Shown here in pieces: positions 1 through 11,700 of a stretch of 64,000 bases of DNA. A model generated the notes under the pieces. The model had not been told where the DNA came from. It did not search any database and saw nothing but the letters and a program-made list of their open reading frames with translations. This stretch comes from Vicugna vicugna (Eukaryota). The stretch lies in assembly GCA_013265495.1 (NCBI GenBank), contig MU057987.1, forward strand, positions 372,001 to 436,000, given 5' to 3'. How positions within the stretch are numbered: position 1 is the stretch's first letter; each line of letters opens with the position of its first letter. Position numbers and translations under genes: made by a program.

Positions 1-539
1 GGAAAAAAGCCCACCGGTGGGCAGAAGATTTTGTTCTGGGAGGTGGGGGAGAAATGTACCAACTAAGGAAAGTCTCGGTAAACCAGGAAAGCGTGTTATT
101 CCGCAGAGGAAACTAGACAAGGCTTGATGTGAGAGAAGAAAGTATGGCGGGGGTGGGGCTATATGTCCGCAGTTAAACAGAAGAGCTCTGTTTCCTCAAA
201 ATGACCAACACTGAGTGGGAAGAAACCAAATTCAGAGTCCTAAGCAGGAGTCTCGGAACATAAGAAGTCAATGTGAAGATTCTTCTTCCTAGTTAGCAAT
301 GCTGGACTCTGTAAACACACTCTCCACCAGTGAACTTGGCCCCCGTACGGTGCCTAATGACTAAGGGTGGAAGAGTGCCCTATAAAAAGGGAGTGGCATG
401 GGGGTCAGTCCTACAAACTCCAGGCACTTCCTTCACATTCTCTGAGAACAATTATAAATTTCAGAGTTAATTAGGGGAAGACAGGTTTATCTGCATCCGA
501 TTTTCTCTACCAGATTACACCTAGGTGGCCCCTGTCTAC

Positions 540-830
540 GCTTTGGCTCTTGTCTCTCCAACCTCCTTCTTGCTTCTCAGACTCAGCCTTCAGACGTCTT
601 TCAGCTACTCCATCCCTCCACCACCTCGCTGGGCTTTGTGACTCCGCATGTGATGCTTTCCCTGCCTAGAAATTTACCCCTTTTACCTTCTTAACACTCA
701 GCTCTCATCTCAAGGCTTAGGTCCTCAAGGCATACACCTGTCTTGCAGACATCCCTGATGCCCTTCTTATGCAAATAGGCTATTTAAATCTCCTGCATCG
801 TCTAAAGCTATTTAACTACATAACCACACA
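540..830 (+). mobile_element. Decayed L2 LINE fragment
   Basis: Pyrimidine-rich L2 3'-region-like motifs such as 'tttccctgcctagaaatttacccc' and 'cagctctcatctcaaggcttagg'. Confidence 0.4.
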
Positions 831-3304
831 CAGTGCTTTATGTAGTATAAAAGTTTCCAAAAACTTTCTCTAAAAATGAAATTACATGTTCCAAGTGAAG
901 AGCACTGTTATTTCAAGGATTACATTCTCCTCATTTTTATTGGAATTTGAGTGGCAGTAATTCTTCACACTTTATGTTTCTCAGCTCCAGAATCTTTCTC
1001 TCAGTTCATTAATTACACACAAACTAAGGCTTAAAAGTATTGGAGGAACATCTCTTCAAATCAATATTTAAGTGAATTCTTTTGTTTTAATGAAAGACAC
1101 ATTATTTAAACTTCGTGTGATGATTCTTTGCTAAACAACCCACACATATCTGGGATGTAACGTGCCCTTTCACTGAGAATGTTAAATCAACGTTTCCTTT
1201 TTGCAATGATGACATTCAGATCCAGTTTTCCCTTTTTAAAGTTTTTTTTTCCCCACTCTTACATTGCCAATATTGGAATTGCCACTAACAGATTTTTCAG
1301 GAGTGAGGGTGAAATGATGTGTGAGAGAAAAAAAAATGTGATAGGGAAGTTTGACAAAGTGTTTTAACTAAGCAGAGGCTGAAATTAGAAGCTGGTTATA
1401 TGAGACATAGCAAAGAAGATATGACATTAAATATGCAGCGATACACTGAAACCCTGCTCAAATAATAGCTCATCACAAGTAAAGGTATAGGGGCTATGGT
1501 TAACAATTCTTTTCCATGAAAAATGAAATAAGAACTAAAATATCAGACACTTTCCTAATCCGAGCCAGAATAATACATTCAAGACTGGAAAAAGGAACAG
1601 ATGAAGGGGGATTTACACAGCCCCAACACGAACCCTGCATGCAAAAAGCCAGACAGACCTCTGGAGCTACAGTTGAACTGTTAGACCTGTTTCTAAAATC
1701 CTGTGATCAAAAGCATGTTATTACCTATATTAGGGAAGATTGATTCATTCACTTTTAATCTCTATTATCTTTTTAGAGAAACAAACAAAAAAAGTCACAA
1801 TACATCTACATCTTGTAGCCACCATCATGAAGAGAATGTGTTTCAGTAATTTCTTTCCATGATGGGTGATGAAAAAAATAGGTTAATTTTATTTGGAGGA
1901 GGAAAAAGCAACTCATCTCAAAATACAGGTGAAGGCAGAAGTCATTTTTGTGGACGGTATACAAAGAAGGAGAAAGGATCCATTAAAAGGCAAACTCTTG
2001 TCTCCTACCAGGTACTGATTTATTATCAGGGCAAAGGGAGAAGTGCTGGTCAGATTCCTTGCACTACTTACTGCATCTCCCTGGAGATTCTGCAAATGCC
2101 GTCCAGGCGCTGACTCGGTCTGCACTTGTTTTATTTATAAGATCCAATGAGATTGTAGTCAAGCTGATACGACTGCAGGGTTCCTAATTCCCGTGGCACG
2201 CAAACACTCGGATGTGTCTTTTTCATCAAAGGCATGATCAGCTCAACTTCTGGTGGTTTCTCTGTTTCTGTGACTGTGCCCTGGAGGGCAGAGTGAGTCA
2301 AGGTGATGTGATTCTCCTGATGCTGGTGTAATTTAGTTTGAACTTACAGGACGACAAGAAGCCCAAGACAGAATCTCACTAGAGCCTATTACTTGGTCTA
2401 TAGGATGACATAACAAGCTACAAATTGGAAAAGTGAGTTGGCTTATATTTTGGTTGGTCCTCAACCAACTGATATAACTTACAATTGTCACGAAAAGGAG
2501 TTACTTCTCCAATGCTTCACCACACCACTTGTCTAAATCATGAGATTTAGAAAGCCTGAAAGTAGCTGCCCGGTTGATGTACTTGGGTACACTGCCCAGG
2601 TACCAATGGGCAGTGCCTCCATCAGGCACTGAGATGCTTGGAGACCTCCAGTTTCCAATCAGTGCTGACTGGCTAATGCCTTAGGAAAGGCTAATTAAAT
2701 AGTTTCAGAGACCAGAGCAGAAGAAACACTCTAAGCATCCTCAGAAAGAAATTGTTAATAAGTAAGTAACTAAATATGAATGATTCAAGTAATGCTACTT
2801 TTTAGGATTCTTAGAATCAACAAAAGACAGTGAAACATTCCTTTGCTGGTCATAGCATGGTCATGAAAAGGCAGAGATTCTCATTTACTATCTGAGCAGG
2901 ACGTGAATCTACTATGTGGCCAGGGGAATGTGTTAAATAGTAACTGTGAGTCTGACTCTAACACACACTGGAAACCTTCCAAATGACCCCACAGACGGAA
3001 GGACTTTCTGCCCCGTCCTCACGTACAAGGAGATCACCCTGCCTGTAGCCACATATTTGCTCCCAAGGACTTAGAAACAACTGGCATCTCAGCTCTGAAA
3101 TTTCTTTCTAGAGGAGTATGGAAACCTTGTAGAGTCAGACAGGCATGAGCCATCTAAATAAGAGATCCCTTGCTCAAACTAAATACAAATCAGATTTAAA
3201 GGTTCCAGAGGAAGTATGCAAAGTTAGCTAATCTGATTCAGATCCAACCAACATATACAGTTATTGTTGGAAATATGCCTGTTATGTTTCACATGGGAAA
3301 GTTT

Positions 3305-3420
3305 TTATTATCTCCAGTTAGAGGAAGGGACTGAGAAAAGTTCATCTCACCCAGTGGGTAAGGTGCGGAGCTGAGATGCCAACCCAAAGCTGTCTCCCTC
3401 CAAGATGGATCTTTCCATTA
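3305..3420 (-). mobile_element. MIR SINE fragment
   Basis: 'tattatctccagttagaggaagggactgag...gagctgagatgccaacccaaagctgtct' resembles the reverse MIR core. Confidence 0.55.
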
Positions 3421-4289
3421 AGAGCTGTTGAGTCTCTCTTAAAGGCAAATTGTAAAAGAAGACTGGCAGAATGATGGTGGTGGTGTTAATGGAAACATTA
3501 ATTACTATTCCTGTTCCCATTCCTCAAACTTCTCCTCCATCCTACCTCTGTGATGAAGGTGCTCAGGTGTTTTTTTGTTTTGTTTTGTATTGTTTTTTTT
3601 TTAATTTTCTAATCAGCATCAGAAAAAAAAAATTACTGCCCACAAAGAGAAAATGATCTGCCCGAGTCCATGAGCAAGTCACTGACAACGGTGTCACTCT
3701 GATTTGATCACTAAATCTCTCTTTTTCTCAATAGCTTAACTGGTAAAAGGACATAAATTATCTCCTCTCTTCCTATTTCAGCAGTTAGGGAAGGAGCCAA
3801 GAAAGGAACTCAGCATCCTTGTTTCTCTGTCTAAATGTTTTATTGACAAAACCGTATTGTATCTCCATGCCTGAATTAGAGCTAGGACAGGAAAAAAAAA
3901 AAAAGAAGAAGAAAATTCAGAAGGGCAGGAAGGGCGTGGAAAAAGCAACTCATTCTCTCCTTCCTCAAAAAAAAGGAACAATGACAGCGATTCATTTGGA
4001 GGTAAAACTTGAAAATCTGAGAACTATGGCATTGACTATTTAATTCTGTTTCCCACTCTGACTTGCCTGCCGCTGGCAATTTAGTGCAGAAACTGCACCA
4101 GAAAACACGAACCAGGGTGGAGGGCAGGGGCACAGAACCATGAGAAATCCCACACAACCCAAAATACTCAGTTACATTCTTTATTTCTGGTTCATGGGAA
4201 AGAACTGGCTGTGGGTGCTGATCACCCTAGGACTGGCCGAGGCTTCTGCCAGGAGCACTATGAACTTATTTCTAATTTACCCTCCTGGA

Positions 4290-4435
4290 CAAATCTGCGC
4301 TCTGATCCCATTCACGAAGGCTCCACCCTTATGACCTAAGCACCCCCCAGAGGCCCCCCTCCTAACACCATCACACTGGGCGCTGTATTACAGCATTTGA
4401 ATTTTGAGGGGACACTAATAATCAGTCCATAGCAG
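4290..4435 (-). mobile_element. MaLR LTR fragment (MLT1A-like)
   Basis: 'cccattcacgaaggctccacccttatgacctaagcacccccca...accatcacactggg...tgaattttgaggggacac...cagtccatagca' matches the reverse 5' end of MLT1A. Confidence 0.8.
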
Positions 4436-4560
4436 CAATTATCACTATCTGAATTTATCTTGCCTCCTGATGATTTATTTCCTACACCCACTCAAGAAAA
4501 TATAAGCTGCATAAGACAGAGTTGGTCCACAATAAATATTTAATGAATAAACAAATGCTT
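4436..4560 (+). mobile_element. L2 3' end
   Basis: 'aatataagctgcataagacaga...caataaatatttaatgaataaac' is typical of an L2 tail. Confidence 0.5.
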
Positions 4561-5354
4561 GGCTCCACTAACATGGCTGTACACACATCTTGTAGGCTTA
4601 GATAACCAGCAAGCCAGCCCCCAGGACTGAGCCGTAAGGATGTTTATCTACCTCTTCTTTCTAAGGTGTCTCTGTTTTTTCCTTTCTGTAACCAGCAGTG
4701 AAAGGCTGGAACTCAGGTTGGTTGGGGTCTTGGGTTCCTGTCTGCACTCCGTCCTGTGACACACTTGGAGCCATTTTATTGCTGTTACTCTAAACAACAC
4801 TGGCAAGGTCCAGACCAATGAGACAGCCTTCCCCTTCCCCTGTGACAAAGGCATGAAGAAATTCACCCTACCACTCTGGCTCTCCTGGAAAAAGTCCTTC
4901 TCTAGCTGACTTCGAGCCAGAGTTACTCACCTTCCAATCCCTTAATTCCTAATCCATCTATAGGTTTAACCTCTTGCCTCTTTCCAGTGCAGAAAATACT
5001 ATGGCTTACTCGTCTTTGTATACCCAGAGGTACCACAGGAACGAGCATATTGGATGTGTTCCACGATATTTATTGAAACAACTAAATATGTTTCAAAAAA
5101 TTATTAAGCTAAAAGAGAGACTAAACAGAAAAACATGTCCCTTTCCATAGTGGGAAAATAACTCTCTTAGATGGAATGAGATTAACTGAATCAAAATATA
5201 TACAACGAGTTAGACAGAAAAAGCCCTCCTCAAGATCAAACTCATCACCCCAGATATAATGAACGTTTCCATATTTGAGGCACTTCGGACTATACTGAGC
5301 CATCTAAAACACGTCACTACAAAGTCCTGTAAAAATAAAAATCTGTGTTCAAAG

Positions 5355-5510
5355 AAAGATGCTGGGCTTCTGATTTGAATCCAAGATGGACCTGCATTCA
5401 CTGCATGTTAATCTCCTTAAACCTCAGTTTGTACATCTGATCTCACTTACCTGTCTCCCAAGGCTGTCAAGAAGCTAATGAGCTATTGTCTGCAATATGC
5501 GTAAAGAACT
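5355..5510 (+). mobile_element. MIR fragment
   Basis: 'ttaatctccttaaacctcagtttgtacatctg' MIR core. Confidence 0.55.
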
Positions 5511-6324
5511 TGACATGAAAGGTGTTACAGAAAGCCAAGAAACTCACCCTGGCGTTGGTTTCAGTTGGAAAAATTTCTTCAATTATTATAGGAAAAAAAT
5601 TCCACGAATGACTCACCAGGTTTTAACCCTCCATAAATGTCAAAAATCGAAAGATCTTTCAGCTTTAAAATGTAAATCTAATTACAGATAAAGGTTATAG
5701 AAAATTCCACAGCGCAGTATGTGGCCAAGGGCTCTGGTAATGACCAGCCTTAAACACAGACATCTATTGTCTCTAATCGCTGTGAAAGGGGGACCACCTG
5801 TTTATTCTTTGTGATGGTTTGCGGGCAAAGGGAACTGTGCTTACATCATAGCATACTCATCACCTGCCCTCCGCCAGAGTCCAAGAAAAACACTTCAACA
5901 AACACCCCAAAACAGACGCACTTGATTAACTCTATCATTTATATTCTCCACTCTATTTTTAACTGATGGAAACCAATCTTATCTCTAAAAGATGATTATT
6001 GCAAGAAAGTTTTTCTAAGTCTTCTTAGACTTCACGTTGGGGATAAAAAAAAATGCAGTCATTCTATCCTCTCCTTCTGAGCCTGTTTCTCTGGAAAGAA
6101 CAAGGCCATAAATCATTTAAGCATATGTACAAAGGAGAATATAGCTTTGTTACATTCAAGATAAAAAAAGAAAAAGTTTTGTTTTTTTTTTAAATTAGCT
6201 TCTTTTCTGTTTGTATTCTATAAAGGAAGATACAAAAGATTGGTTTTGAAATTTTATTTCAAAGACTACGTTTTTCTACAAAAGAGCATGCTTGCTTCAA
6301 ATTTTTATTAATGATAAAAGGTGA

Positions 6325-6530
6325 TAGTTCAGTAATAGGAAAGCAAGAATGAAGGCATGGAGTCAAAATTCTTGGATTCTATCTCTGTGACCCACTCCCC
6401 GAAACATGCTTGTGGTCAAGTTATAACGTCCCTCAGTTTCCTCATCAATTTAAAGGAGAATGTATTTGATCTAATAATTTAGCAGTGTTGTTATAAAGAT
6501 TAAATAAGATAATGCATTGGAAAGCATTAG
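6325..6530 (+). mobile_element. MIR SINE
   Basis: 'ggagtcaaaattcttggattct...cctcagtttcctcatc...aagattaaataagataatgcattggaaagca'. Confidence 0.75.
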
Positions 6531-6904
6531 GGAAGTATAATTTATAACATTTTTAAACAAAACATTACAGGTATCATTAATACTGCTGACATCTAGATCA
6601 CATCATTGAATAATTATTACTGTCATAATATATCAGTCAGAAAAATTGTATCCAATTTCTGTCCTTTTGAGAGAAGGGAACATTTTAACTGTAATTATTC
6701 TGATCTTATCTTACTTTTTGTGTTGCTCAGTGTTTTAGTTCTATCGTATTTTTATCCCTAAATTTGATATTATTATTGTTTGACTCAGTCAGTATTGGTT
6801 TAAGTCAACTCAGAATTTGCCAACTGATTTGATCAAGACTCCACTGTATGTCTCAGACCTTCCCCCAGAGACCTTTTATCCTCCGCCTCGTATACTGTCT
6901 TTCG

Positions 6905-7082
6905 GGTGGTGGTTTTCCAAGTAGGGCCGCGTCCACGCACCTGGAAAGCTTGATACACCCCAACTTACAACCCACCACTGAGTTTACGATTCATAGGTTT
7001 GGGGTGGGGCCCGAACACTTGCATTTCTCACACCTTCGGGGTGATGCTGATGCCGCAGGGGACCATGCTTTGAATCACTGGA
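6905..7082. mobile_element. MER5A (hAT-Charlie MITE)
   Basis: 'ggtggttttccaag...taggtttggggtggggcccga...ttgcatttct...ggtgatgctgatgccgcaggggaccatgctttgaatcactg'. Confidence 0.8.
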
Positions 7083-7109
7083 CCTCGAGTGGGAGTTGGT
7101 CATAAGCTC

Positions 7110-8560
7110 TGTTTATGCTTGTCTGAAAAATGGCTTAATTTGTCCTTCCTCTTGAAGAACAGTTGAGGCGACTACGTGAATCTCAGTTGTCAGGATTTTT
7201 TCTTCTTTGTCTCAGTGCTGAAAATATCACCCCACATGTGTTGGTAGTGCTGAGGGGTCTAACATCAGTTTGTGGTTTCTTTGTGGGTAAACACGTTTCT
7301 CCTCTTCGGCCGATTTTAAGATCTTTCTCGCCTTTAATAATTGGCAATTTTCCAAGGAAATGGCTCCTTTCCTGAATGCCCCACCCCCTCCTTTCCTTCC
7401 TTGGGTGTAGTTTCCATAATCTGCGGGTTCACATCTTTCATTAGGTCTGGAAAATTCTCTGCTATTACTATCTTCTCAAATAATGCTTCACCCCTATTCT
7501 TTCTGTTCTTATTCTCACTGTTCAAAGAGGTATTTTTTATTTCTTTGTCTCACTTGGTGACATTTTACAAATCTATCTTCTATTTACTTGCTCCTCAAAG
7601 CACAGGCATCACCCGAGATCTCGTTAGAAATGCCACCTTTGGGGCCCCACCCCAGACCCACAGAATCAGAATCTGTGTGTTAACGAGCCTCCTGGCTGTG
7701 TGCCATGTACACTGGAGGCTGCGAAGCATGGCTCTGACTCACTAATTCTCCTTCTTCAGGTGTGTTTTACACGCTGCTTAACTCATTTGTCAATATTATC
7801 ACTGTAATGATGATATTGTTTAGTTTATAGATTTCTGTTGGGTTTTTTTTTTCAAACTTGTCTAATCCTACTTATGGTCTCTTTTTTTTGTCCTGTGTTT
7901 CACTCCCTTTTTCTTTTTGCAAACATTTAAAACATTCCATATGTCCTCTCTACTTATTCCTGCATTTAAAGTCCATGGGGGGGGGGGCAATGGCTCATTT
8001 CCTTGTGTTTTCCAGTGACTTTGGACTGTGAGTTTTTATTTGAGTGCTGGGAATCTGTGGGTTTGGAGGACACTGGGTTCAGAGACTGTTCTTCCAGTGA
8101 GAATTTGGGTTCTACCATGTGCTCTCAAGCATGATAATTGAAGTCCACCTGAACTTACATTCTTGTCTTAAGATTTTTCATAACACCCAAAGAGGGTGAT
8201 TTAAACTCCAAACTTGTGTAAGGAGCCATGCCTGATCGTAAATCCCTTGGCTCAGACAAGTATCTCCCTCATTTCTCTGCCTGAAGGCAAATTTTTTTCT
8301 AACCAGTCCCTTACCGAGGACGTGGTCCTATGAGGTCCTTTGAGGGTCTTAGCTTCGTGCCAGGTCTCATTTCTAACTCCCTACCTTGCAAAGGTCCAGA
8401 ACCTTACCTCCTGGCCTCACCAGCTGGCAATGCCAATAATTTAACTCCCCCTTGCAGACAAACACGCTCAGGGCAGCTGCAGCTTTGCTCACTGCTCTGG
8501 CCTTTAGCTCATTCAGTTTTTGTCCTGGGATTTATCTAAATTTCTCCTGAGCTCAGCTTT
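7110..8560 (-). mobile_element. Old L1 (L1M-type) fragment, interrupted by a MER5 element
   Basis: T-rich antisense L1 motifs such as 'tctggaaaattctctgctattactatcttctcaaataatgcttc'. The minus-strand ORF 7334-7525 (EALFEKIVIAENFPDLMKDVNPQI) resembles L1 ORF1p. Confidence 0.7.
7585..7737. mobile_element. MER5A1-like hAT MITE
   Basis: 'ggcatcacccgagatctcgttagaaatgc...gggccccaccccagacccacagaatcagaatctg...ttaacgag...tgtacactggagg...gaagcatggctct'. Confidence 0.75.
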
Positions 8561-8562
8561 CA

Positions 8563-8702
8563 TGGGGGAAAGAGGAGAGGAAGTGAGAGGTGGAGGGAGA
8601 GAGGAGGAAGGAAAGAGGGAAACAAGAGGAGAAGGAGGGAGGGAGATAAAGGAGAAGCGTGGGAAGAAGGAAGGGGAAGAAAGAAGGAGAAAAGAAGAAA
8701 GA
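8563..8702 (+). repeat. Polypurine (GA-rich) low-complexity tract
   Basis: ~140 nt of almost pure G/A ('gggagagaggaggaaggaaagaggg...'). Confidence 0.9.
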
Positions 8703-11700
8703 ACATCCGCATCCAGGACTCATAATATAGTCCCAAGATAAAGCTCTCTTACAGAGAAGTGCAGTTTTATGATGGGGTTAGCCTTTAAAGTAAACACAAA
8801 AGCCACAATCAAATACAGACAAAAGTGCCCCAAGGAATACATAAAGCACAGTGATATTCAGAGACTCTGACTCTCAGGTAAGACCAACACACCTAGGGCT
8901 TACTATGAAACTTTTCGCAGAGCAGGTACCATAAATAACGATTCTTTATTGAATATATAAATTATAGGTTCGGATGTGGTCAGGTCATGGGGTAAACCAG
9001 GGAAAAATAATCGTATTGTCCAAAAGCCAACATTGCAAATTCCTCATGCCTTCTAATCATGCCTGTCTAGAAAAAGCTGTCATCAGATCTCAAATGCTGA
9101 TTTAGATCCTAGTTATGCATTTGCTAAATCCAACAACATAACATGGAGAGTTCTAGTTTGTCATTTAGACCTAAAGTATACATTCCCCATTAAACAATTA
9201 GAAGTGCAAACCACTACAGTAAAACTGCTTCCAGGCAAACAGATGACCGGAAACAACCCGTCAATTTTGGAGACTTGTATTTAACTGTGAACGTTGCCTT
9301 CTATTACTGGAAACCACTTAAGGATCCTCTGAAGTGGTCACTTAAGAAGAGGGTATTTCCTCTTAGAGACGACTCTGTAATTGCCAGCTCCGAAAGTTTC
9401 CCTTGAAAGACTGACCAGAGCCCCAGTGTTTCATTGACTATGGCATAGCAGAGGGGAGCTATGGCAATATATTTTTGATTTGACCCTTGAAGCAGAGACA
9501 TCGGGTAAAGCACATAATATTCATTCAAAATAACTAAGCTAATCTGATTTTTTTTTTCTGTCGTGACTCACAGAATTCTTTCATTCAATAGATTTATGGG
9601 CTGGCACAGTTCCAGGCACTGGGTCTAGGAGATAGAAAAGAATAAATGAGTACAAGGGTATATTACTCTCTAGTGAGGAAGAAAGAAAATAGCCTTATAG
9701 GTTATAACAGCACACCAGCAGCAGGGAAGAAAAAATTTTTCATTTCTTTCCCTGGTTCTACACTCATCTTAAGACATTTCTTCCATAAAGTATCTGTCCT
9801 GAATCATGGCTAAGAGACAAATAAGGACCATTTTCAGGCCCACCATGTCAGGATGCTGTGGTTGCACACTGCACAACTATGTGATGTCTAAGAGGGGCCA
9901 TTCCCTCATGGACGCATCCTTACAAGGACAGACATGGAGGTTGAATCCATCTGTACTCAGGGGCGTCTCCAAGTCACTTCTTTCCTGTGCTTCTGCTTAA
10001 GAAGCCTAGTTCCTTTCATACAGTTAGAATCAAGCCTAGTATGTTTGCTTCACCCGAGGGTAAGCTCATTCTACCTCCTCGGCGCCTCGGTGCGTGTCTT
10101 CCTGCTGTTGTCGGCTTGCCAAGGAATCCTGGGTACGTGTGAGCGGGAAAGCGTACAGGCACGTGTGTGTCAAGCTCATAGCATTGTCTGTGGGTCTCAG
10201 GAAAACGCCCCCAGGGTAGAGCTATTCAGGTTATGCTAACTTCTTTTGTTTAACCTTATGGACAGAACGACTTCTTGGGATTCTCAAATAGATACTGGCA
10301 GCAACCATCCCGTTTCACTTGCACACAAAACAAAGCTAAACAAAACAAAACCAAGAAAACAGACCTTTCCTTTTTCTTTGTATCTGCTCCTTGACAGACG
10401 ATAACAAGCCAGCAAACCCCCAACACCCAACCAGCACTGCCTTTTGTGCTGTGTGTGCGGAAAACTCCTTTGATCCTCAGCAGCAGCTGCTGTTTCCAGA
10501 GTCTGGCTCTGCACTGAGGGATTCCTGGTCAGCCCAGAACTTTCACTCTTGAGAAGCCGTGTCCTAGCTGAGTGCAGCCTGCCCGGCGGCCTCAGCAGCT
10601 ACTGTGGCTGCCCAGCTGCCCACAAGTCTGTTTGAAGCCCGGCGCCCCGCGCCTGCCCAGCGTTCGTCTCTCTCTCCTGCTTTGCCGCTGCTTCGCTGCA
10701 ATTCACTGAAAATCAAGGGGCAGCCACAACTCTTTGGCTCTCTCTTGCTTCCTGTCCCTCTAAGGGTGAGAGAAACAGGCACAGGTAGAAATGTGAGTTT
10801 GGTTCTACAGGCACCTTTCTGGCATACATAATTTCCGTCTCCCGAGTGACCTCCCTTGACTCGATAAAATTCTTAAAACAGCAACAAAGGAAACAGCAGC
10901 GTGTAATTGTATTAATCTCCCCAAAGCACGTAATAAAAGATCAAAACCCGATGACCTTTGTCACCTGAAGCAAGAATAATTTCCACGGCTCAGATCGCTA
11001 CCTCATCCCCATCCGGACTGGCTCCTCAATGATCAGAAATCCCAAGCCATGCAAAGTGCACAGCCATGCAAAGGGAAACGGCAGGAAGGAGAACAACGCT
11101 ATCTATGACCCGGATCTGGAAGACCTTAAACCACCCTGCTTCTCGGATTGCAGGCTGGCCTCTGCTGCATGAGCCCTGCACTGTTTGAAAAACTATCCCT
11201 TTAAGGTACAATTGATTTAGCCATAAATAAATCCTGGAGGGAACGTTCTGCTCTTTGCTAGGAAGGGCAGCTCGCACCAAGTGCCTGTTCTTTCACACGG
11301 CGATATTTGATAGGCCCCAGCGTTGGCTGGAAAATGTAATTTGCTCAGTGAGGCATGTCCATCCCTTTCCTCTGATTACTCGCTGCTCCCTTTACAAATG
11401 CACCAGCCCCTCGCCTCTCCGTGTCCATCTGGGCTTAGCTTACGCTGATAGCAAATATTTATCACATCAGTGATTATTTTTATTATAAAGAACATACACA
11501 GGCCACACAGCCATGTTGGTTCAATGATAAAATTATATCTCTCCCCCCAGGTAATTCCTAATAGAGTCATTATAAGGCTTTCCAGGCTCGTTGAGACTTT
11601 CCTGGAGACCCACGATGCGTTAGTCTTCTTCCATGAACCGTTTTTCCTGATGCTTCTCTGACGAGAGAAGGGTCACCTGTATCAGCAAAGTTTCCACTGA

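Noticed and set aside
7341..7745. 134-aa ORF
   Set aside because: Runs across antisense L1 and a MER5 element, so it is a chance open frame.
8520..8741. Glu/Arg/Gly-rich ORF
   Set aside because: Translation of the polypurine tract.
9835..9900. Possible MER91-like hAT remnant (a similar one lies near 2565-2620)
   Set aside because: Match too short and degenerate to call by eye.
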